DNA of 64,000 nucleotides. Source: a virus. The notes beneath the pieces were generated by a model that had not been told where the DNA came from, did not search any database, and saw only the letters and a program-made list of their open reading frames with translations. The DNA is taken from positions 1 through 64,000 of the IMG/VR virus record IMGVR_UViG_3300043185_000099; one strand, written 5' to 3'. Below are positions 35,066 to 44,536 of the stretch, in pieces (positions within the stretch are counted from its first letter, which is position 1; each line of letters begins with the position of its first letter). Made by a program: the position numbers and the translations under genes.

Positions 35066-37002
35066 AGCATGGCCTCCACGTCGGCGACGCCGATCACCTG
35101 GACGCCGTAGTCGCGCGCCTTCTTAGCCTTGCCGCTCGCCGATGTCGGGTCCTTCGCTACGAGATACGTGAGATCCTTGCCCACGCTCGTCTTGATAGCC
35201 CCTCCGGCGTCCTTGATCCGATCCTCCATTCCCTTGTCGCGGATCCCGGTGAAGCAGAACGACTTGCCCGACAGCTTCCCCTTCACGGGGCCCTTGACGG
35301 AGACGCCGGCCGCCAGCAGGTCCTCGACCAGCTTGCGGCAGCCGCGGAAACCGTCGACGAACGCTCCCGCCTTGGTCTCGCCCAGTCCGGGGATCGCGGC
35401 GAGGGCGGCGAGCGACGCCTTCCCCATCTTCTCCAGCGTGTCGAACCCGGCGTCGACGATCATCTGGCACACCGTCTGGCCGCAGAGGTCGATCCCGAGC
35501 GCGCCCACGAAGTCTGCGATGCGAAGCGTTTTCTTGGCGGAGAGGTTCTCCAGCATGCGCTCGGCCGTGCTGGTGCCGATCCTCTTCCCCGAGAGCTGGA
35601 AGTCTTCCAGATCGGTCACCGTGAGTCGGTAGATGTCGGCGAGGGAACGGACCTTGCCCGAGGCACAGAGCGCCTCGATCGCCGTGTCGCCCCACTCCTT
35701 CACGTCGAGTTTCTTGACCCACCGCTTGACGGCGCCGCTCTGCTGCGCCGGGCACCGCGCCCCGTCGTCGCAGACGAGGAACTCCCCCTTCTTGGACAGG
35801 GGCTTGCCGCACGACGGACAGTCGCGAGGGATCGCGAACCTCCCGTTCTGCGACGGCCGCAGCACCTGCTCCACGTATGGGATCACGTCGTTCCGACGCG
35901 AGACGAGCACGGTGTCGCTCATGCCGAGCAGGTTCTGCGGGCACTTCTCGGCGAGGCGGCGGATGTTGGACTCGTTGTGGAGGCTCGCCTGCGAGACGGA
36001 CGCACCCGCGAGGTTCACCGCGTCGAAGTACGCCACCGGAGTCACCCGGCCGCTCGCTCCTACCTGCCACACGATCTCGCGCAGCTTGGTGGGCTGCTTC
36101 TCGTGGGGGAACTTGAACGCCCGTGCGCCCTTGGGCCGCCCGTCGTGCTCGCCGAGGTGCTCCATGGCGGACAGGTCGTCGAGTTCGACGACGAGTCCGT
36201 CGATTTCGTAGTCCAGACCCTCCCGCGTCTTGGAGACATACTCCCTGTAGACGGAGAGGACATCGTCGACCGTAGACGCTGTGCTCCAATTGGGAGTTAT
36301 ACAGCCGAGCTTCTCCAGGAGCTTCAGCTCGACGGACTTGCGCACGATCCCGTGCGCGTCCGTGATCACTTGGTAGCAGATGACCGTGAGGTGCTTGCAC
36401 GGAGCCGGGTCCGACTCTCGCTTGGCGATGCCCGAAGCTGCGTTGCGTGGGTTCTTGTACTCGGGGACGTGCTTCCGATGATCGCTCCGCAGAAGAACGA
36501 TCTCACCGCGCACGAACCCGGTGAAGTCGCGCATCTTCCTCTGGACGCCCTTCATCAGCAGGACGTTGCGCGTGATGTCCTCGCCCATCTCTCCGTCTCC
36601 CCGCGTGAGAGCCTGGACGAGCTGCCCGTTCTCGTAACGGAGGCTGATGGAGATCCCATCGAGCTTCTCTGAGATCACGATGCCTGGATCAGCCGAGCCG
36701 ACATCCCCGGAAACGTGGGCCGCCCGAATCTTGGCGCTTACGTCGGTGTGCCACTCGGCGAGTTCCTGCTCGACCTGGACCTTGAGGAGACTGCCCATGG
36801 GCGCCCCGTGGCGTACCTTGGACCACCCGGACTTGGGCTTCGCGCCGACAGCCTTGAAGTAGGCGTTCTCGGGGTCCAGGTCTCGTAGTTGGTCCTCCAG
36901 CGCGTCAAACTCCGCATCCGACATGATGGGGGAGTCCCCGTAGTAGGCGTCCCTGGCCTGCTGGAGCTGCTCGACGAGGTCCTGGACTTCGCGTGTACTC
37001 AT
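35062..37002 (-). CDS. ligA: NAD-dependent DNA ligase
   Basis: AYY..SDAEFD, EKLDG, TRGDG, RGE, NPRNAASG, IDGLV, Cys4 zinc finger, HhH repeats and BRCT (FCFTG). Confidence 0.95.
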   Translation of the reverse strand: MSTREVQDLVEQLQQARDAYYGDSPIMSDAEFDALEDQLRDLDPENAYFKAVGAKPKSGWSKVRHGAPMGSLLKVQVEQELAEWHTDVSAKIRAAHVSGDVGSADPGIVISEKLDGISISLRYENGQLVQALTRGDGEMGEDITRNVLLMKGVQRKMRDFTGFVRGEIVLLRSDHRKHVPEYKNPRNAASGIAKRESDPAPCKHLTVICYQVITDAHGIVRKSVELKLLEKLGCITPNWSTASTVDDVLSVYREYVSKTREGLDYEIDGLVVELDDLSAMEHLGEHDGRPKGARAFKFPHEKQPTKLREIVWQVGASGRVTPVAYFDAVNLAGASVSQASLHNESNIRRLAEKCPQNLLGMSDTVLVSRRNDVIPYVEQVLRPSQNGRFAIPRDCPSCGKPLSKKGEFLVCDDGARCPAQQSGAVKRWVKKLDVKEWGDTAIEALCASGKVRSLADIYRLTVTDLEDFQLSGKRIGTSTAERMLENLSAKKTLRIADFVGALGIDLCGQTVCQMIVDAGFDTLEKMGKASLAALAAIPGLGETKAGAFVDGFRGCRKLVEDLLAAGVSVKGPVKGKLSGKSFCFTGIRDKGMEDRIKDAGGAIKTSVGKDLTYLVAKDPTSASGKAKKARDYGVQVIGVADVEAML

Positions 37003-37125
37003 CTGGCCTCCCGTACGGCCCGGTCCCCGCTTTTACACGCCGCGGCCGCCCAACGAGGCCCGCGCACTATGCGCGTCACCAGGACCTCGCGAAAACCAGT
37101 ATCTCCTCTATAGCCCACCACCAGG

Positions 37126-37707
37126 GTGTCCCTGTCTCTCCGAGAAGGAGCGCTGTCGCAAGACGTCGAGGTGCTCCTCCACGGGGATCGGCTCGTGGTC
37201 GCGGCGGGCCCGGTGCTGCGCCAGACCCGATGGTCGGGTGGTCTCTGGGTCCTGTTCGTCACGCCGACGGGCGTGAGCGACTGGATCGTCGAGAGATCGA
37301 ACGGCGTACAGGCGACCGGATTCCTGCTGTTCGGCTCGGAGAACTACGCGAACTCGGCTGGCGACGCCGGCTACCGCAACTTCACGAGCATCCAGCCGGC
37401 CAACCCGCAGGCCACGACGTTCGCGATGGGCGCCAACACGCTCCCGATGGTCACGGGCGGAGGTCGGTTCCTCTTCCGCGTGTTCGAGACGGTGGCGCTG
37501 ACGCCGGCGGGCGTGCGCGCCGGCGGTCCCGCCGTCTACAACCTCAACGACATCCTCAAGGTCAGCGAGAACGGTCTCCTGTGCAACGATCCCGACGCCA
37601 ACCTGCTGGCCGCTACGGGTGGCACGGAGACTATCAAGGTGGGGACATGCTCGGCCATTCCCGATGACCGCAGTGGCAACAGGCTCGGCCTCGACTTCAA
37701 GTTCTGA
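37126..37707 (+). CDS. hypothetical protein (possibly virion-associated)
   Basis: 193-aa isolated + strand ORF with strong GC3 codon bias. Confidence 0.7.
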   Translation: MSLSLREGALSQDVEVLLHGDRLVVAAGPVLRQTRWSGGLWVLFVTPTGVSDWIVERSNGVQATGFLLFGSENYANSAGDAGYRNFTSIQPANPQATTFAMGANTLPMVTGGGRFLFRVFETVALTPAGVRAGGPAVYNLNDILKVSENGLLCNDPDANLLAATGGTETIKVGTCSAIPDDRSGNRLGLDFKF

Positions 37708-38332
37708 CCTGCTTGAAGAATCTCGATCCCCCTCCCTGATCGCCGTACCAGATCTGCGGCGTGTCGGCTGGACGGCTCTCTGCACCGAAGGTCGCGCTTC
37801 TGTTTCCGTCTCGCCCTCGCCCCGTCCGTCGCTTGATCGTGCCGCTTCCACTCGCGAGCAGACCACTCTGCGCGTCGATGTCATCGACGGGGCATCCGCG
37901 TTCGCACGTCCACGACGCAATAGTCTCGAGCCCGTCCGTTTCCGCGTACCCGTGGTCTGGCGTCCCTGGAGGCACCTTGCCCCAGCCGGTGACGCCCTCC
38001 GATCTCACGCCGTGGCGCTTGACGGCGACGCCTGTCTTGACTCTGCGAGTCCCGCTCTGTCGACATCCTGCAAGGTGCTGCAGGATCACGTTCGCCGGCC
38101 ACCGTCCTCCGGCCGTCTCGGGACCGTGAAATGTCTCTCCTGACGTCGATCTGCCTTCGTTTCGATGACCGAGACAGAGACCGTCTGGTCCTCGTCGCGT
38201 GCAGTGGGTCCCACCACCGTCGGATCCGATCCGGCTCCTGGTAATATCCAGCGCACCTGTGCCCCAGGTCGACACGTTGTCCGTGATGCTCTGTTGAGCC
38301 AGCGGCTTGCGCGAGATGGTGACGACTCTCAT
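37697..38332 (-). CDS. free-standing DNA-methyltransferase middle module
   Basis: MRVVTISRKP...WGTGALDITRSRI...GRWPANVILQH...W.C..GCPV...GGSRFFKQV. Confidence 0.75.
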   Translation of the reverse strand: MRVVTISRKPLAQQSITDNVSTWGTGALDITRSRIGSDGGGTHCTRRGPDGLCLGHRNEGRSTSGETFHGPETAGGRWPANVILQHLAGCRQSGTRRVKTGVAVKRHGVRSEGVTGWGKVPPGTPDHGYAETDGLETIASWTCERGCPVDDIDAQSGLLASGSGTIKRRTGRGRDGNRSATFGAESRPADTPQIWYGDQGGGSRFFKQVRT

Positions 38333-38883
38333 GGACGTACCTGCTTGAAGAATCTCGCCGCCGCCGTGCCGCTGTCTCCGTAGTCCTCGGGTGGAACAAA
38401 CACTCGATGACGCGGGAGCACTGGCGCTTTCCCCCGGTCGACCTTGAACGGTTGCTGTCCAGGTCGTGCTCGACGGGACACTCCCGTTCCGGTACCGCCC
38501 GATTCGCTCTGTCGGTCCAGGATCCCGACGGGACACACCGGACCGCACTCGCCGTCGCACGCCTTGACATGCTGGAGGATCACGTTCGCCGGCCACCGAC
38601 CAAGCTGCTCGGACGGGCGCTCTGCCATGTAAACATCCGCGCTTCCACGACGCCCGAGTTTACCAAGAAGCTCGGTCTCGGACGCTCGGCTAGAGCCATA
38701 GATCCGCTCGGCCATGGGCGCCTTGTCAGACTTGCGAGCCGAGGCTCGCCGTGCAGCAGCGGGAGATCCTCCAGGAGACGATATCCGACAGGGATCCACG
38801 GCGAGGCCACCAGACCCCCAGCGCTGGATGTTCGCCGCGATGGGTCCCTCAGGTGGTTTACGCGCTACGGTGATCACCCTCAA
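38329..38883 (-). CDS. free-standing DNA-methyltransferase middle module
   Basis: MRVITVARKP...WGSGGLAVDPCRI...GRWPANVILQH...CPV..LDRQS...AARFFKQV. Confidence 0.75.
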   Translation of the reverse strand: MRVITVARKPPEGPIAANIQRWGSGGLAVDPCRISSPGGSPAAARRASARKSDKAPMAERIYGSSRASETELLGKLGRRGSADVYMAERPSEQLGRWPANVILQHVKACDGECGPVCPVGILDRQSESGGTGTGVSRRARPGQQPFKVDRGKAPVLPRHRVFVPPEDYGDSGTAAARFFKQVRP

Positions 38884-40418
38884 TCTTCGACTCCTCCGAT
38901 GTCGAGGCCGAAGATACCACCCTCCTGCTCAGCCTCGTTCTCCATGGGTGGAACTTCGCTCTCGATCCTGGGGGACAGGTCACCCGGGGTTTCTGCCGCC
39001 TTCCATCGCACGCGTTGTTCTGCAATCTGTGCGTACTCGACGTCCTGCTCGATGCCCACGAAGTTGAGTCCGTGCCCCTTCTTCCGACGTTTCGATTCGG
39101 CCATGCAAGCGAGCCCTGTCGTACCGGACCCCATGAATGGATCGCAGACCAGCGCACCATCCGAGACGTCTCTCAGAAGAGCTTCCATGACGGCAACCGG
39201 CTTCACTGTGGGGTGGTCCGACTGCACGATGCGCTTTTTCTCGACCGTACGCGTGTCGAACCGCTCGCGCATTTCATCAGGAACGTCGTCGACTGCCAGG
39301 CCGTCCTCGACCATCCTCTCCAAGATGTCTTTGTCCACATTCTCGGAGAGTTCTTCGCGCAGATCCTCGACACTCTCGTCCTCGCGCGGGAACAACCGCT
39401 CCGAGCGGATGACCTTTTCCCTCGGTACGACGCCAGCGTTGCGTTCCGTAGTGCTAGCCTTCGCGACGTAGTGGAACTCTCCAGGCGTGTCGAGGACGGC
39501 GATGGCGTCCCTGATCTCGTACCCGAAGTCCTCGACGGCACACGCCCCCGTCGTCCCGGTCGGGTCGTCCTCGTCCGAGATCAGGAGCAGGTGTGCTCCC
39601 GGACGCAGCACCCTGTCGATCTCCTTCATCCACGGGCTGGGATCGCCGACGGTCACGATGCCGTGCACGGACTTGTCGGCGAGGGCCGCGAAGTCGACGC
39701 TGGCCAAGTCGGCCTCGGCGATGATCACTGGCTCGCAGCTCGGGGGCGGGCTGATCATCGTGACGAGGTAGTCCCAGAGTTCCTGCGGGATGCCGTCCTT
39801 CATGTCTGCTCTCCTGGTCTGTTTGAAGAAGCGCGAGGCTCCGCCTCCATCGGCGTAGACGCGCGTGCCCGGATCGTTGAGGGCCACGTCGCCCTGTGGG
39901 TCTCCGTAGACGACACCCCTCTTCCGCGTCGCGGTCGCCGGATGCGGGTGAGGCCCGCGAGGATCGGCCCTCCCCGTGAGGGTCGAGGGTCGATCCCCGG
40001 ACTGGCGGTCGAGCGCCATCACGGCACATCCGTCCTGGCAGACCCACTTGACGACCCTCTCGTCCGGCAGTCGCTCGCTCTCGTACGCGACCCCCGCCGC
40101 GTCCCCGAACGGATGGGCCCCTCCCACGTGCCTGTTGATGACGTAGCCCGGCACCATGGTCGTGCCGTCGGGCCTGCAGCCCGTCTCGTGGACGAGCACG
40201 GTGTTGGCCGGCCAGCGACCCGACGCGCTCGACATCTGGCCGCTGCGGCGATGGGTCGCGCGACCTCCCACATGCCTGAAGTCCGGCTGCGGCACGGACG
40301 GAGGCACGCCCGCGATGCGGCACCCGTCCACGTCGATGGCGCCCGCGGCCCACCGCAGAGCGTTCGACGTCGCGCTGCCCTCCGAGCACACCTTGCGGGA
40401 GAGCGTCACCACTCTCAC
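38880..40418 (-). CDS. methyltransferase middle module fused in-frame to a DPPY-less, SAM-binding module (internal start at 39803)
   Basis: RVVTLSRK...GAIDVDGCRI...GRWPAN...ASRFFKQ; then AGGAG-ATG MKDGIP..., RVLRPGAHLL, GYEIRD, YVAKASTTERNAG, HPTVKP and DPFMGSGTTG. Confidence 0.8.
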   Translation of the reverse strand: MRVVTLSRKVCSEGSATSNALRWAAGAIDVDGCRIAGVPPSVPQPDFRHVGGRATHRRSGQMSSASGRWPANTVLVHETGCRPDGTTMVPGYVINRHVGGAHPFGDAAGVAYESERLPDERVVKWVCQDGCAVMALDRQSGDRPSTLTGRADPRGPHPHPATATRKRGVVYGDPQGDVALNDPGTRVYADGGGASRFFKQTRRADMKDGIPQELWDYLVTMISPPPSCEPVIIAEADLASVDFAALADKSVHGIVTVGDPSPWMKEIDRVLRPGAHLLLISDEDDPTGTTGACAVEDFGYEIRDAIAVLDTPGEFHYVAKASTTERNAGVVPREKVIRSERLFPREDESVEDLREELSENVDKDILERMVEDGLAVDDVPDEMRERFDTRTVEKKRIVQSDHPTVKPVAVMEALLRDVSDGALVCDPFMGSGTTGLACMAESKRRKKGHGLNFVGIEQDVEYAQIAEQRVRWKAAETPGDLSPRIESEVPPMENEAEQEGGIFGLDIGGVED

Positions 40419-42157
40419 TCCGGTCTTCTCGCGACGACGATGGGCTCCCAGGCCGGCTTCAGAGCGGTGCCGTACCCATCCCACAGCTTGGCCTCCTCGG
40501 TCGCCGGGACCGTCACCGGGACCTGGACCGGAATCTGACGGATGCCTGTCCCGTAGGCGCCGAGAGATCCGCCCGGACTCGTGTGGATGCGCGGGTCTTT
40601 GCCGGCAAGAACGTCGTTGAGATTTTCTCCGCCGACGCCGCGAGAGTAGCCGACTACTTGTCTCTCGGCCTTGGCTCTCCTGTCGATCTGCTTGGAGATG
40701 TTGGTCGATTTCGGGAAGCCACTGTTCCCGGTGACGAAGACGCGACCGTTGTGGCGAGCGAGGAAGGCTCCGGTCGGCACCCGGACACACCACACGTCGC
40801 CCGTGTAGTGTTCCCGAACGGGATCCTTGAGGTGTCGTCGTACGAGCTGTGTCTGCGGGTTCTCATGCAGAGAGACGGTCGCCTTGCGCGGATTGTCGCG
40901 CGCCTGCCACCCGATGACGTGTGCGAGCGTCTGGAACCACTCGCGATCCGCATCGTCCTTCTGATAGAAAGCCTTGGCGGCCGGGGTTCCGTCACCGCGG
41001 AGAGCCGCGTGGAGGAATGCCTCCTTCTCCTCCAGCGACATCCTCCAGAGCAGATCATACGTTGGGTGCTTGTCTGGCAGGTCCTCGCGCACTCGGGCGG
41101 CCATTTCCCCAGTGAAGAACCACATGTGCTCGTCGTACGGCAGCCCCCGGTAGAGGCGCGGACGAACGTAGTGCTTGCGATACGGCACCAGATCCCCCAC
41201 GAGAGCATGGATCTCCTCGACGAACTCGCGGCCCGATCCGTCGACCCTCGTACTCTGGCAGATCCTGACTCCGGTGCCGTGCTCGTCGAATCCACCCTCC
41301 GTCCATACCCAGGCCAGTAATTCGGCGTAGCGAAGGCCACCGTCCAGGCCTGAACCATCGTGGTAACCGGCGAGAGGGAGGTTGAGTGTGTTCCAGCGAT
41401 TGATCTCCCCGGCTTCCACCGCGTTCCAGTGATCCTCGCGAGTCGTGACGCGGACGCCGTCCCGCTGCTTCCTGATCCGCGCTCGCTTGTAGACCCGATG
41501 GTTCGGTGTGAGCATCTGGTCTGTGTTGTCGTTGACAAACCGGACCATCTCCCCGTCGTAGGGAGCGACGATCTTCTCCTGGACAGGCAAGAGCAGGACG
41601 GCCTCGGTCTCATGGTCCCAGCACGCCACCCGTTCCCTCTCGTCCACATCGATGCCGAGCTTCCAGCCGTGTTCGGTCAAGATCTCGGACGAGGCATCGA
41701 GACACCCGTAAATCCAGGAGTGCAGCTCGACGTCGACGAGACCCGCGCGCCGCATCGCCCTGACCATGCGATGGTAGGTCCGCGTGCCGCCGAACGCCTT
41801 GACGACGCCTCCCGGCCGCAGCTTGCGGAGTACGAGGTCCCAGAAGTCGGGATCGAACGCGATGCCCGTCGCGTCCCAGACCTTCCCCATGAAGCCCCCA
41901 CCTCTTCGCACTTGGTCGTGAGAGTCCAGCCGGGTCCGGCCGAAGGGTGTCCCGGGATCATTCATGCGAGGACTTCCCCCACGGCTGGCGGACGTCATGC
42001 GAGGACTTCCCCCACGGCTGGCGGACGTCAGATCGTACGGAGGATCGGTCACGACGACGTCGAGACTGTCATCTGGAAGTTCTGCCAAACGAAGCAGGCA
42101 GTCACCTTGCCAGAGTCTGATGTTGGCTGTAGATCTTGTCTTGGTGGCGGACATCAC
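40415..42157 (-). CDS. intein-containing DNA methyltransferase catalytic (DPPY) half only
   Basis: GDC, TDPPY, GFMGKVWD, AFGGTRTYHRM, SGFPKS; ends GYGTALKPAWEPIVVARRPE. No FxGxG motif. Confidence 0.85.
   Translation of the reverse strand: MMSATKTRSTANIRLWQGDCLLRLAELPDDSLDVVVTDPPYDLTSASRGGSPRMTSASRGGSPRMNDPGTPFGRTRLDSHDQVRRGGGFMGKVWDATGIAFDPDFWDLVLRKLRPGGVVKAFGGTRTYHRMVRAMRRAGLVDVELHSWIYGCLDASSEILTEHGWKLGIDVDERERVACWDHETEAVLLLPVQEKIVAPYDGEMVRFVNDNTDQMLTPNHRVYKRARIRKQRDGVRVTTREDHWNAVEAGEINRWNTLNLPLAGYHDGSGLDGGLRYAELLAWVWTEGGFDEHGTGVRICQSTRVDGSGREFVEEIHALVGDLVPYRKHYVRPRLYRGLPYDEHMWFFTGEMAARVREDLPDKHPTYDLLWRMSLEEKEAFLHAALRGDGTPAAKAFYQKDDADREWFQTLAHVIGWQARDNPRKATVSLHENPQTQLVRRHLKDPVREHYTGDVWCVRVPTGAFLARHNGRVFVTGNSGFPKSTNISKQIDRRAKAERQVVGYSRGVGGENLNDVLAGKDPRIHTSPGGSLGAYGTGIRQIPVQVPVTVPATEEAKLWDGYGTALKPAWEPIVVARRPE
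40724..41704 (-). mobile_element. intein (327 aa) with LAGLIDADG-like endonuclease
   Basis: G|CLDASSEILT, block B LTPNHRV, FLHAALRGDG, and VWCVRVPTGAF...VTGN|S. Confidence 0.9.
41962..42030. repeat. perfect 33-bp tandem duplication (TSASRGGSPRM x2) just after the DPPY motif
   Basis: TCATGCGAGGACTTCCCCCACGGCTGGCGGACG occurs twice. Confidence 0.95.
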
Positions 42158-42938
42158 CTGCGCTCGTTGTGTGAAGTCATTCCACGTCCCTGACTATCGA
42201 GCCCGGACGGCTCAGTTCTGTTCGCGCGGCTGCATGACTCAGGCACCACTCTGCCGACTCCCCCCTCATCGTCCCCGAAAGAGGATCGTCCTGACGTGCA
42301 AGACTTGCCAGCAGACGTTTGAGAGACAGAGCGGACGCCCACGCCATGGGCGCGGCGTCTACTGCTCCCGTCGTTGTATGTATGAGGGACTCGCCGAACA
42401 CAGAGCCCCACGTCAGACGATGGTCTGTGTCGGCTGCGGAGCAATCTTCCAGATTCTTGCTTGCCAGCAACGAGACCGCAGAGGGGCAGGCACGTACTGC
42501 TCGCGAGCCTGCCGCGACGAAAATCGGCGCGGGCCGAAGCATCCTCAGTACCTCCACGGCGCAGGGGCCTACCATCGCGGACCGAATTGGCAGCGGCAGA
42601 AACGTCACGCGAAAGCGCGGGACGGCCATCGGTGCCTGCGCTGCGGAACCCGTGAACAAGATCTTCGGGCGCGTGGCAAGTTCCTCCACGTCCATCACGT
42701 CGTGCCCTATCGCCTCTGTTCCTCTTGGAAGAGTGCCAACCGCTTAGAGAACCTCCGATCCCTGTGCGAGAACTGCCATCGCGTCGAGGATGCAGAGTTC
42801 CAGGCGCTGGAACGCGATCTGATTGCTGATCTGGAGAAGATCTCGTCAAGCACATCTGTCCATGTGGCCCCTGAAGACGGCGAGACTCTCGGCACCCGTC
42901 AAGACGGTCAGCGAAGTTGTGGAGCAGGCACACCATGA
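42120..42938 (+). CDS. HNH endonuclease with three CxxC...(Y/F)CSRxC zinc modules
   Basis: RDGHRCLRCG, LHVHHVVP and NLRSLCENCH; start uncertain. Confidence 0.8.
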   Translation: MLAVDLVLVADITCARCVKSFHVPDYRARTAQFCSRGCMTQAPLCRLPPHRPRKRIVLTCKTCQQTFERQSGRPRHGRGVYCSRRCMYEGLAEHRAPRQTMVCVGCGAIFQILACQQRDRRGAGTYCSRACRDENRRGPKHPQYLHGAGAYHRGPNWQRQKRHAKARDGHRCLRCGTREQDLRARGKFLHVHHVVPYRLCSSWKSANRLENLRSLCENCHRVEDAEFQALERDLIADLEKISSSTSVHVAPEDGETLGTRQDGQRSCGAGTP

Positions 42939-42973
42939 CCTGTCTACCCGCCCGAGTGCCATGTCGAAAACAT

Positions 42974-44536
42974 CTACTCGACCTCCAGGATGACGGGCCG
43001 CTGCTTCGACTCCTTGAATTTGGTCTCCTGGCCCTTCGCGTTCTTCACCTTCTCCTCGAGTGTCTCGATCGGCGTGTGATCAGTCAGGAATCGTCGGCAA
43101 GCGAATTCAATGCGAACCGGCACCCGTGCGAACGGTTTCTGGTCGCGAGATTTCAGGCACTGAAAGATTGCCTGCCCGAGCTTGGCCAGCTCCTCGTCGA
43201 TCCACGTGGCCGTCACGATGTCCGCAGATCGCTCGCATTCGTTCGCATACGACAGGGCCGTGAGGTTGTACCTTCCGCCGGCTTTCTCGGCCGCGCGCCA
43301 CCCCTCGCGGCTGATCTGGAACAGGGCGACGACGGCAATTCCCATGCCGCGGTTGAAGGACATGGCGAGCTTTTTGAGGTCGCGGATCACCTCGTTAAGC
43401 CTCTCTGTCGTGCTGCTGTAGCGACCCCTGGCGCTCATCAGCCCCGCGTGGTCCACGAAGATTGACCTGAACGGAGTCTTGCTGAAGAGCAGCTCGGCAC
43501 GGCTCCGCAGGTCCACGATCGTGAAATCGTTCTTGTCGGGGTCCGCCACCTCGATATGGATGTCCCCATACTCCGACGGATCGACCGGATACGGACCGCT
43601 CGGTGGCACGACACGGACCTTGTTGATTGATGGGACCACGAATTCACGGAGAAACTGCTCTTCATGCGGAAGCAACTTGCCATCCCTGATCTTCTCGTAG
43701 TCGAGACCAAGCGTAGGGATGCCCAGGCGTTTCCGCACATCGCGGAAGTCGTCGTGAGCACTGTGCATCGTGTAGAGCAGGTTCCGGACCTGGAGGTACG
43801 GCATCTCCAGGCTGAAGTAGACGGAGGAGCACCTGTGGTAAATGGCCTGCGTGTAGGCCCAGTGGAGGGCCCAGCTGGACTTGAGTGCGCCGGTGAATCC
43901 CGCGTGGACCCACAGCTCGTTCCGTTTGGCGCCGTTGAGCGTGACGTCGATCTGCTCGATCCCGCAGTGTTGGCCGACACCGAAGTTGGGATCGGCCTTG
44001 ACTTGGTCGTACCGCTTGAAGAAGTCCTCCGCGTCCTGCATCGCGTTGCCAGACAACTTGCCGCCCAATGTCGGGGCTACGATGTCGTGGCTCTTGTCCA
44101 AAACGTAGCGCACCGCGTCGACAGCCCCCATGAGCTTGGTGGACTTCCCCCTGGGATCCTTGATCTCGAGGCCCGAAGAGACGATCTGTGCCATCTCCTT
44201 GGCCAGGTCCATCACGATGCGGTTGCGCCGATCACGGGCCTTCTCCTCCAAGTAGGCTACGAAGTCGCCTCGCGTGCGCGCTTTGATAGCGGAGAGCCAC
44301 TCGATACGATCGACGACATCTACTTCCTGGACCCCTGAGAAGTGGCTCCGCATCGTCTGGATTGTCGGAGCGTGGCCGTGCTGCTTAAAAAAGTCCTGGA
44401 TGTATGTCCAAATGACGTTGTCCTCGACCGTGTCGAAGCCCAGACCCGAGTCCGCCATCGCGTGGTAGTTGAGCGCGATCTCGTTGCTGCTGTCGGTCGG
44501 ATCGGCGACGAAGCAGGAGCGCAGAAGATTTTTCAC
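42974..44536 (-). CDS. DnaB-like replicative helicase
   Basis: Walker A variant GFTGALKS, YFSLEM, FVDHAGLM, LFQISR, ERSAD and KSRD. Confidence 0.85.
   Translation of the reverse strand: MKNLLRSCFVADPTDSSNEIALNYHAMADSGLGFDTVEDNVIWTYIQDFFKQHGHAPTIQTMRSHFSGVQEVDVVDRIEWLSAIKARTRGDFVAYLEEKARDRRNRIVMDLAKEMAQIVSSGLEIKDPRGKSTKLMGAVDAVRYVLDKSHDIVAPTLGGKLSGNAMQDAEDFFKRYDQVKADPNFGVGQHCGIEQIDVTLNGAKRNELWVHAGFTGALKSSWALHWAYTQAIYHRCSSVYFSLEMPYLQVRNLLYTMHSAHDDFRDVRKRLGIPTLGLDYEKIRDGKLLPHEEQFLREFVVPSINKVRVVPPSGPYPVDPSEYGDIHIEVADPDKNDFTIVDLRSRAELLFSKTPFRSIFVDHAGLMSARGRYSSTTERLNEVIRDLKKLAMSFNRGMGIAVVALFQISREGWRAAEKAGGRYNLTALSYANECERSADIVTATWIDEELAKLGQAIFQCLKSRDQKPFARVPVRIEFACRRFLTDHTPIETLEEKVKNAKGQETKFKESKQRPVILEVE

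Noticed and set aside
37697-40418. DNA-inversion or recombination shufflon swapping MTase middle modules
   Set aside because: Module ends share protein motifs but no evident identical nucleotide repeats, all modules are co-oriented, and no intact recombinase is nearby.
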